64,000 nt of DNA from Phyllobates terribilis (taxonomy: Eukaryota), in the NCBI RefSeq assembly GCF_046119375.1, contig NW_027362773.1, forward strand, positions 88,164,001-88,228,000, in the 5' to 3' direction. The position numbers and the translations under genes are program-made. The notes under the pieces were generated by a model. The model worked only from the letters and a program-made list of their open reading frames with translations, searched no databases and was not told the DNA's origin. This document shows positions 48,416-58,146 of the stretch, piece by piece (within the stretch, counting starts at the first letter, position 1; every line of letters starts with the position of its first letter).

Positions 48416-50140
48416 TAATGGTATTTTAGGAGCTGCTCTCTAAATTTTATGTATTTGACGGCAGAAACCTTCCTTATTATGCCTTTATCTGCACAAACCC
48501 ATCTGTGCTCTGTATCAGCCACAAATCTCTTCACAGTACAATGCTCACGCTTACATTTTTGTGAAATAGCTAATACTTTCATACCTTGCCCAAGGCATTG
48601 CACTATTTGCCGCTGTTTGGCAGCAGAGAGATCCTTTTTCTTGCCTATATTTCTTGAAACCTGTGGCTGTAATAATGCGGAAAGTCCTTCTTAAGTAGTA
48701 GTTTTCCTTTAACCCCTTTCTGACGTGTGACCTAATAGTACGTCATGGTGACCTGGGCCGATTGGACCAATGACGTACTATTAGGTCATATGGCGATCGC
48801 GCCCGCACCCAAGCGGTGCGGGACGATCCCTGCCAGGTGTCAGCTGATTGTCACAGCTGACACCCGGTACTATGTGCAGGGAGCGGTCCCGCACCGCTCC
48901 CAGCACATTAACCCCATCAATGCTGTGATCGAAGTGGATCGCAGCATTGCGGGGGCAAGGGGAGGTGATCGCAATACTCACCTCCTCTCCCGGCCTCCAG
49001 CTCTGTCTGCCGCGGCTTCCCGGATGTTGGCATGACGACCCGATGTCGTGATGACAACATCCGGGTCACCAGACTGCAGGAAGATATTCTGCAGCACTGA
49101 CAGCCTCTATAGCACAGGGATGGTGCTGCATTCCTGTGCTATACAGGCGATCAGAATTAAAAAAGTGAAAGTCCCATAGTGGGACACAGAATAAAAGTCC
49201 AAAAAGTGATAAAAAATGAAAAAAAAAAAAAAAAAAAAATTTTTTTGTAAAAATATAAAAAATAAAAATAATAATCCACCAAAAATAAAAATATAATGTA
49301 CTCATCAATAAATATTATTATGAAAAAAAAAACAATAAAAGTACACATATTTGGTATCGCCACGTCCGGAAAGACCTGACCTATAAAACTGTCCCACTAG
49401 TTAACCCCTTTAGTGAACACGGTAAAAAATAACAATAAAAACGAAGCAAAAAAGAATGCTTTATCATCATACCGCCAAGCAAAAAATGGAATAACACGCG
49501 TTCAAAAAGATGAATATAAATAAAAATGGTACCGCTGAAAACGTCATCTTGTCCCGCAAAAAAACAAGCCACCATACCGCTCCATCAGCCGAAAAATAAA
49601 AAAGTTATAGCTATCAGAATAAAGCGATGCAAAAAAATATTTTTTTCTATAAAATAGCTTTTATTGTGTAAAAGTGCCAAAACATAGAGAAACGATATAA
49701 ATGCGGTACCGCTGTAAACGTACTGACCCGAAGAATAAAGCTGCCTTATCAATTTTACCACACGCGGAACAGCATAAAAAAAAACATAAAAACAATTCTG
49801 AAATTGTTGTTTTTTGTTTATTCTGCCTCCCAAAAATCGGAATAGAAAGCGATCAAAAAATGTCACGTGCCTGAAAATGGCACCAATAACAACGTCAACT
49901 CATCCCGCAAAAAAACAAGCCGTCACATGACTCTGTCGGCCAAAATATGGAAAAATTATAGCTCTCAAAATATGTCGATGCAAAAGCTAGATTGTAAAAA
50001 AAAATGCGTCTTTTAGTGTGTGACAGCTGTCAGTCATAAAAACCCCATATGATTCTGGTATCTCTGTAATCGCACCGACCAGAAGAATAAAGTCGTCTAA
50101 TCACTTATACCGCAAGAGGAACGGCGTAAAAAATAAACTC

Positions 50141-50255
50141 TAGGGTTAGGGTTAGTGTTGTGTTAGGGTTAGGGTTGTGTTAGGGTTAGGGTTGGGGTTG
50201 GGGTTAGGGTTGGGGTTGGGTTTAGGGTTGGGCTAGGGTTAGGGTTGGGCTAGGG
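50141..50255 (+). repeat. Degenerate telomeric (TTAGGG/TTGGGG) tract
   Basis: ~19 hexamer-like units. Confidence 0.9.
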
Positions 50256-50297
50256 ATTTTTTTCAAAAGTAAAAAAAAAAGATGACGATATGGCAAC

Positions 50298-50588
50298 TAG
50301 TGTTGAGCGCAAGTGCTCGCTACTTGAGTTTGCATCGGGTGCTCTGGTATGCATTGAGTATCGCGGGTGCTCGAGTGACATGCTTGAGTCTCCGCCCCAT
50401 ATGCTTCGTGGCCAAAAAAAACTCGCGGGGATTGCCTGCCATGCACAAGCGATCCCCGAATGTTTTTTTTGGGTGTCTAATAACCGTGAAACATGCGGGC
50501 GGGGACTCGACCATGTCACTCGAGCACCCGTGATACATGGTGCATACCTGATGCAAACTCAAGTAGCGAGCACTTGCGCTCAAGACTA
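50298..50588. mobile_element. hAT-type palindromic MITE
   Basis: TIR TAGTGTTGAGCGC / GCGCTCAAGACTA; 8-bp TSD ATGGCAAC / ATGACAAC. Same terminus type as 3967-4229. Confidence 0.82.
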
Positions 50589-53330
50589 ATGACAACTTAT
50601 TCAGTATGATGACCTAATGTTATCAAATTCTGTGTCATACCTCTGGGTTCAAAATGTTCACTATACCCCTTGATAAAATCCTTGAGGGGTGTAGTTTCCA
50701 AAATGGGGTCATTTGTGGGGGTTTCCACTATTTAGGCACATCAGGGGCTCTCCAAATGCGACATGGCGTCTGCTCTCAATTCCAGCCAATTTTGCGTTCA
50801 AAAAGTCACACAGTGCTCCTTCCCTTCTGAACTCGGCAGTGCGCCCAAACACTGTGTTTTCCCCACATATGGGGTATTAGCGTACTCAGGAGAAATTGCA
50901 CAACAGTTTTTGGGGTCCATTTTCTCCTCTTACCCTTGTGAAAATAAAAAAATTGGGGCTAAAACATAATTTTTGTGGAAAAAGTTAGATTTTTTTATTT
51001 TCACGGCTCCATGTTATTAACTTCTGTAAAACACTTGGGGGTTCAGGGTGCTCACCACACATCTAGATAATTTCCCTGAGGGGTTTAGTTTCCAAAATGG
51101 TGTCACTTGTGGGGGGTTTCCACTGTTTAGGCACATCAGGGGCTCTCCAAACGCAACATGGCGTCCGCTAATTATTCAAGCAAATTTTACATTCAAAAAG
51201 TCAAATGGCGCTCCTTCTCTTCCGAGCGCCCAAACAATGGTTTTCGCCCACATATGGGGTATTGGCATGCTCAGGAGGAAATACACAACAAATTGCATGG
51301 TGCAATTTCTCCTGTTACCCTCATGAAAATGCAAAATTGGAGGCTGAAAAACATTTTCATTGCAAAAATGTGAAAATTTTATTTTTACGGCTCAATGTTC
51401 TAAACTTCTGTAAAGGACTTGGGGGTTCAAGGTGCTCACCACACATCTAGATAGGTTCCCTGAGGGGTCTAGTTTCCAAAATGGTGTCACTTGTGGGGGG
51501 CTTCCACTGTTTAGGCACATCAGGGGCTCTACAAACACAACATGGCGTCCGCTAATTATTCAAGCAAATTTTACAATCAAAAAGTCAAATGGCGCTCTTT
51601 CCCTTCCTAGCCCTGCCGTGCGCCCAAACAGTGGTTTACCCCACATTTGGGGCATTGGCGTGCTCAGGAGAAATTGCACAACAAATTTTGGGGTACATTT
51701 TTTCCTGTTACCCCTGCGAAAATAAAAAACTTGTGTCTAAAGTAACATTTTTGTGAAAAAAGTTAAATGTTAATTTTTTTCTTCCATATTCCAAAAATTC
51801 CTGTGAAGCACCTGAATGGTTAATAAACTTCTTGAATGTGGTTTTGAGCACCTTGAGGGGTGCAGTTTTTAGAATGGTGTCACTTTGGGGTATTTTATGG
51901 CATAAAGACCCCTCAAAGTGTCTTCAAATGTGATGTAGTTCCTAAAAAAATGGTTTTGTAAATTTTGCTGGAAAAATTAGAAATCGCTGATCGACTTTTA
52001 ACCCTTAATTTTAAAAAAATGTTGGTTCCAAAATTGTGCTGATGTAAAGTAGACATGTGGGAAATGTTATTTATTAACTCTTTTGTGTGACATATCTCTC
52101 TGATTTAAGGGCATAACAATTCAAATTTCCGTTTTCTTCACAAACAAACGCAAGAGTTATCGAAGAAATTTTACCACAATCATGAAGCACAATATGTCAC
52201 GAAAAAACAGTCTCAGAATCAGAAGCGTTCCAGAGTAATTACCTCATAAAGTGACAGTGGTCAGAATTGTAAAAATTGGCCTGGTCATTAACGTGCAAAC
52301 CACCCTCGGGGGTAAAGGGGTTAACTGAGCACCTGGCAACTAATTATCACAGGTGTTTGAGATTGATTTCAGTGATCCAAAGAGCCTGAGACACAAACCA
52401 TCCATGAGTTTATGTGAAAAACAAAAAATTACATCTTTGTGACGCTTAAATCCAATTTGCATCATAATTTGGAACATAGTGCGGAGTCGGGTGTGGCAGG
52501 GGAATAATATAGAAACCCCTCTATTAGCCAGAGTGGAGATTCCTTGCAAGAAGAAACTTCTGCCCTGGAGGACATAGAGCAAATATACACATGGGCACCA
52601 TCTAGTATCGCTGATGGGACAACCCCCAGTTTCAGCCAGGTACCCCACACTCAGTGGTCCCAACCACGGAACGTTTTTAGGCACTTACACAGATGCACTT
52701 CTCCACTACCCTCTTCAGACAATGAGGCCCTGGTTCATCATTGCCTTTGTGCCTGTTTAATGCCTTTTTTTGCTTACACTCAATTCTCTATTCTATTTGC
52801 CCCTTTTTTGTAGTCTATTTTATGTGTTTGCTTACTTTTTTGCTTTCCGCTTTGTGGACGGAGTCTAGCAATTCCAGATATATTATCCTGATTCATCAAT
52901 TGAGACTTTTTAAAAAGTCGCAAAATTTGATGCAACTTCACTCCATTTCCCCCTTGGTGTATATATGAGTATCACAATATTTGTAACTTTTAGCATCAAA
53001 GTGCAACTTTGGGCGCCAAATGTCACAAAAAACAGAGCAAGATAAGAAGAAAGCCCATTTTTGACTTTGCACCAAAATCATGGAATATGTGCATCATTTT
53101 GACGATTTGGGTGTATAAAACGGCAATGCAATGATGGATTGAGACTGTAGTTTTGCATGGCTTGTAGTTACTTTTTATTATAGAGCTCCTTTTTCTTTGT
53201 GTGCACTCCAAATGTTTCCATTATGCAAGGATTATGTTTCGTTAGTCAATCCATATATATTTCTGCAAATACACATATGGATTGACTATTGAAATATATT
53301 TTCTACCTTCTGCCAAAAATGAAAAACAGT

Positions 53331-53769
53331 TGTTAGAACCCTCCTGTTTGTTTTTTCTATCTTGTGGTTTGCGGTCACGTGACCATCTGCCTTTATATTC
53401 TGGCTCCGCCCTTTTGGCTTTGCTGGACTTCAGTGTTGTTTGACTGTTTCTCTAGCCAGGTGCTTCGGTGCCTTTCTCTTTCAGTTCGCTTGGTCCTTCT
53501 GGGACCTCTAGTACCTTTTTGTCAGTTTTTCTTTTTGTGTTCTGCAACAACTTTCTCTGTTCAGGAGGTGTCCCATGTTTGTCCCAGTCCTTAGTTCTTT
53601 TAGGGACCCCTCCCCTTATGCTATAGTTCTTCGTTCAGACTAGCCGAGGACTAAGGCGGGCCTGTTCGCAAGGAACAGGCAGCCCACTACATCGTAGGGA
53701 TTCAGCTTAGTCTTACTGTAGGGACAGCTTTCTCCTATCTTTCCTTAGCACATGTTGCAGATCATAACA
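53331..53769. mobile_element. Solo LTR (439 bp), second family
   Basis: TGTTA...TAACA termini; flanks ACAGT / ACAGC (5-bp TSD with one mismatch). Confidence 0.65.
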
Positions 53770-54419
53770 ACAGCTTTGAACAGTAAGTAGCTCTCTGACT
53801 CCCATCATTGTCAGCCTTATTAGTTCTCAAAGAGCTACTTTGTTGGCACCTGGGCACCCTGAAGATCTCCTTCATCTTTCGACCCTCCCTGCCAATCAGT
53901 CAAAGCTCTTAATGCAAGAGATGCTGGGACGTGTAGACAGAGTTGGACTGGGGCACCGGAGAATTCTCCAGTGGGCTTGGGTCCTCAGCGGGCCCCCGAG
54001 CAGGACGCACGGGGGTCCCTGGTTAACATGGCCGCCGGTGCTCCACACTGCAAGGGCCCGGAGGGTCAGGAGGGCCCTTGCAGTTCGGCTGATGAGGGCA
54101 ATCTAGCCTGCTTCTCGGAGCCCCAGGCTCCGGGGGGGGCCCATGGCCAGATTGCCCTCATACTATGCGGCGGGCAGGGAGCGATCCCTCCAGCTCCGCT
54201 GCCGACAGGGGGAATATGGCAGCGGAGCTGGATGGATCCGTCCTCTGCTTCCTGCCAGGCGCTTCTTCACTGACACAGGCTCGCGCTGTTTGATGACGTC
54301 ATCATGCAGCGCGAGCCTGTGTCAGGGAGAAAGATGCCAGGCAGGACGCAGAGGACGATGCTGCAGAGGAGTGCGCTGAGAGGTAAATTGTTTTTTTTGA
54401 GGGAGAGCAATGGTAATTG

Positions 54420-55310
54420 AGGAGGTGGGGTCACTGGGGGGGAGATATGGCATGGCAATGAGGGAGGTGGGGGGAGATATGACATGGTGGGGGAAGATAT
54501 GGCAAGGCAATGAGTGAGGTGGGGGGAGAAATGCATGGCATGGTGATGGAGGAGGTGGGGGGAGATATGCATGGCATGGTTATGGAGGAGGTAGGGGGAG
54601 ATATGGCATAGTAATGGGGGAGGTGGCGGGAGATATGACATGGTGGGGGGAGATATGGCATGGCAATGGGCGAGGTGGGGGGAGATATGCATGGCATGGT
54701 GATGGAGGAAGTGGGGGGAGATATGCATGGCATGGTGATGGAGGAGGTGGGGGGAGATATGACACGGCATTAGTGATAGAGGAGGTGGGGGAGATATGGC
54801 AATGATGATGGAGCAGGTGGGGGAAGATATGGCAATGATGGAGGTGGTGGGGGGAGATATAACAATGATGGAGAAGGCGGGGAAGATATGACAATGTGGG
54901 AGAAGGTGGGGGGAGAGCAATGATGGGGATGGGAGGGAGCAATTATGGAGGTGGGTGAGAGAAATGATGGGGAATTATTTGGACGCTATATGCTGTTAAT
55001 ATCTGGTCTGGTCATGGTGTGGTGGTATTTCTCCCTTGTATATAGTATTATTCAGTCACTATGTGGTGGCAATATGTGGTCTAGTCATGGTGTGGTGGTA
55101 TTTCTCCCTTGTATGTGGCATTATTCAGTCACTATGTGGTGGTAATATGTGGTCTGGTCATGGTGTGGTGGTATTTCTCCCTTGTATGTGGTATTATTCG
55201 GTCACTATGTGGTCTGGTCATGGTGTGGTGGTATTTCTCCCTTGTAAGTAGTATTATTCGGTCACTATGTGGTGGCAACATGTGGTCTGGTCATGGCGTG
55301 GTGGTATTTC
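54420..55310. repeat. G-rich and GT-rich minisatellites, probably inside a non-autonomous element
   Basis: GGAGGTGGGGGGAGATATGGCAT units in 54420-54950; ATGTGGTCTGGTCATGGTGTGGTGGTATTTCTCCCTTGTA units in 54990-55310. Confidence 0.8.
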
Positions 55311-55639
55311 TTCAATGTATGATTTCATTGAAAGTACAGCAAGCAGCCCAGTAAGTGATACGTCGCTAGAATCAGGGTCTCTGTTTCAACCTTAAAATGC
55401 TCTCAACAAAGATATATTCAACATAATGAAAAAGGAGAAGTAATGAGGACGCGACATTGGTGACTAAACAACAGACACATTTCCAGCGAAGCAACGGGAA
55501 ATGACGAAGATGCAGTTTGGTATAATGTCTGCTGTGACGACAGCGATGATACGTACATAGAGACAGGAACTCTTAAAGGGGTTTTCCAACAAGAATAGCA
55601 TGACACAGTGCATTATGTATCATGTATGGCTTCAAATGA

Positions 55640-56240
55640 CAGATTCTTGTTTAGAGGGGTTGTGCACCTTTAAGGACTTTTTTTTTACGTAAATGTATGT
55701 AAAAGGGGCTAAAAACCATTTTACCAATTTGATTTCATTAAAGGTTTTGCACTGTTTGTCTCCCATAGCCTCTGTGTTGCACTGTCTATTGCTGGCTGCA
55801 GAGTGAGTTACTGGGAAACTGTCAGTAAGCTCAATCTCAAAGTCTGATAGGGAGTATGTCATTCTTTTCTCGCACTTGTTTTGAGCTCCTCTCAGCTGAT
55901 TTGTGACCACAGAACACATCAAAGTTGAATGTGCAGTGAAACAAAAGCGTGTGTAAAAGCCAAACATTTTTTCATTTAAAGTGCTGCACTGCTTATTGGT
56001 GGCTACAGAATGAGTTAACTGAGAATCTGTCAGAGAGAGTTTAAAACTGGTTCTTTTTTTTCTAAGCTCCTTTCCCAGCTTATGACCACAGACCACATCA
56101 AAGTTGAATGGGCAGGGAAACTTAATTGTAAAAAAAAAAAAAAAAAAAGTAATAATAAAATAATAACAATTTAGCAAAATAATCTAAAGAAAGAAATTAG
56201 ATAGATAGCATACTGATGGCAAGTTAATTTTACTTTGGCA
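55640..56240. repeat. Dispersed repeat with an internal ~170-bp duplication
   Basis: Two internal copies of AGCTC..TGACCACAGA..CACATCAAAGTTGAATG; related to 7955-8170. Confidence 0.55.
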
Positions 56241-56959
56241 CTTGATGTCTTGACCCCGCAGCAGCTGCACATACATGCCATTTTCTTCAACGAAGTGTTA
56301 CTAAAAAAAAGTGCAGATGCCGCACTAAAAATAAGTGCACATGTATGAGGTCTATTACAAGCCGTCTCCCCCAAAGGTGATGGACCCCGGAAAATCTTCC
56401 TCAATCTAGGAGTCAAACAGCTCCCTTCATGTGTTACGTGCTGGTGTGCTGCGTGCGACGCTGTCAGATTGGGCTTCCTGCTCGTCATGGCCCCCACAGC
56501 CACAGTCACAACACACAGCTGACAGCAACTACTACACAGCAAACAAAGAAGTGGGTGTCTCCTGTGCTTGTGGGGCCAACACCCCAGGACCCACCCCGAT
56601 ATCACACATCATGGCACCAGGGTGTGGCCACCTTACTATCATACATGCAGCTGCAGTCTGCTGTTCCTGGAGTAAATAGTAGTAGAGCAGACTTTTATTA
56701 AAGGGACAGGAACCCCTTTAAAGTTCTAGACATAGGACAAGGTTATAAGGGTAGGCGCACACTGAGGTTTTTTTGAGGAGTCTTATGGAGGGGGGGGATT
56801 TGCTCAAAAAAAAAAATGCTTGAAAGTCCTCACAGGGGTCCAGAGATGAAAGTGTACTTGTAGGGGCTGTGGCTGTAAATAAGTGGGAAGGAGAGGTCTC
56901 CGCTATCTCATCTCAATGACAGCCTGCAATCAGTCAGGGTCTTCCATCAGGGTCCTCTG

Positions 56960-57500
56960 TACTTAAAGTGATGTTCTTGTCCGAGACATGTGTAGCATAT
57001 TCATAGGCAATCTCCGTTCTAGTAGACCCTCAAGGTGTTGTATGGGGCAGAGGGTGGCCGCTCATGTTCTCCCCCCTCCTCCATGTCTGTATGGAGCTTG
57101 TGGACAGTCATGGGGAACAGATAAGGGTTTTTCCCAAACTGTTCCCACAAAGTTAAAGATACAATTGTCCTGAAGAAATAAGATTTTCCTAATGGTCCAC
57201 GGTCGCCCCCTGATAACAGCCTAGAGCATCATCCTCCTCCACCATCTGTACAGGGGGCACAATGCAGTCAGGGGGTAGCGTCCTCCTGGAATCACCAAAC
57301 CCAGACTCCTCCATCAGACGCAGATAGAGAAGTGTGATCTGTCCCTGCACAGTGGTGGCGGCTTTACACCACTCCATCCAAGGCTCGGCATTGTGCTTGG
57401 TGATGTACGGCTGCAGGCAGCTGCTCGGCCATGAAGCTCCTGGCGGGGGCGCAGTGTTTGTACTGATACCAGAGGTGGTCTGTACTCTGCAGTTATGGGG
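56960..57500 (-). mobile_element. Highly degenerate Tc1-like transposase remnant
   Basis: Minus-strand pieces MEWCKA, PDCIVP and LWEQFGK match typical vertebrate Tc1 motifs; many indels. Confidence 0.62.
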
Positions 57501-57523
57501 TCAGCAGAGCGGTGGTGACTGTG

Positions 57524-57897
57524 CTCTTCTCCCTTTTTTTCCTTTCTCCTCTCCTGTCTCTCCTCCCCTCCTTTCCTGACTCTTCTCCTGTCTCTCCTCC
57601 TCTCCTTTCCTGACTCTTCTCCTGTCTCTTCTCCTTTCCTGTCTCTTCTCTTCTCCTGTTTCTCCTTTCCTGTCTCTTCTCCTCTCCTTTCCCGTCTCTC
57701 CTCCTCTCCTTTCCCGTCTCTCCTCCTCTCCTTTCCTGTCTCTCCTCCTCTCCTTTCCTGTCTCTTCTCCTCTCCTTTCCCGTCTCTTCTCCTCGCCTCT
57801 CCTGTCTCTCCTTTCCTGTCTCTTTTGCTCTCCTTTCCTGTCTCCTCTCCTTCCCTGTCTCTTCTCCTCTCCTTTCCTGTCTCTCCTCTCCTGTCTT
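57524..57897. repeat. Polypyrimidine (CT-rich) low-complexity tract
   Basis: TCTCCTCTCCTTTCCTG-like units, almost no A. Confidence 0.92.
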
Positions 57898-57914
57898 CAC
57901 AAATTGATTGACAG

Positions 57915-58146
57915 CTCTTTCATCCAATCACAATTCTCAGTAATACATGGGTGTGGCCTATGGTAGGTTGAGGGCGGGGCGTGCAGGCAGACAGGGACGG
58001 TCCCTGTAATGTTGTGGGCGGGGCCTCGTTGTGTGTAGAAAACCCCCTGTAGTAGCCGGCGCCGTTCGCTTCCTCTGCGGGCTGTGACTGTCACTCACCG
58101 GGGAGCGGACGGCTGAGCGGCTGCTGTGTCTGGAGCCTTCGGGATC
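57915..58146 (+). promoter_or_regulatory. CpG-island promoter / 5'UTR of the CDK inhibitor
   Basis: CCAAT near 57924, GGGTGTGG and GGGCGGGGCGTG boxes near 57949-57983, and high CpG density to ~58530. Confidence 0.6.

Larger units (their letters stand above)
48713..52320. mobile_element. Non-autonomous piggyBac-like element (3.6 kb)
   Basis: TTAA TSD; CCCCTTT / AAAGGGG termini; internal ~350-bp and ~385-bp tandem subrepeats; no transposase ORF. Removing it restores TRT continuity. Confidence 0.8.
45550..52481 (-). mobile_element. Fragmented Tc1-related DD37E (TRT-type) transposon (pieces 45550-46583, 48419-48712, 52325-52481)
   Basis: Termini resemble CACT(A/G)TGTTCCAAATTAT(G/T)ATGCAAAT. The minus-strand pieces give QCLGQGMK..TVKRFVAD, VLFTDEC, GGGGVMFW and SPDLKPIENLWSIL. 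Removing the insertions joins the pieces to ~1.5 kb. Confidence 0.85.

Noticed and set aside
54267-54942. Pro/His-rich ORFs
   Set aside because: Reverse translation of a G-rich minisatellite.
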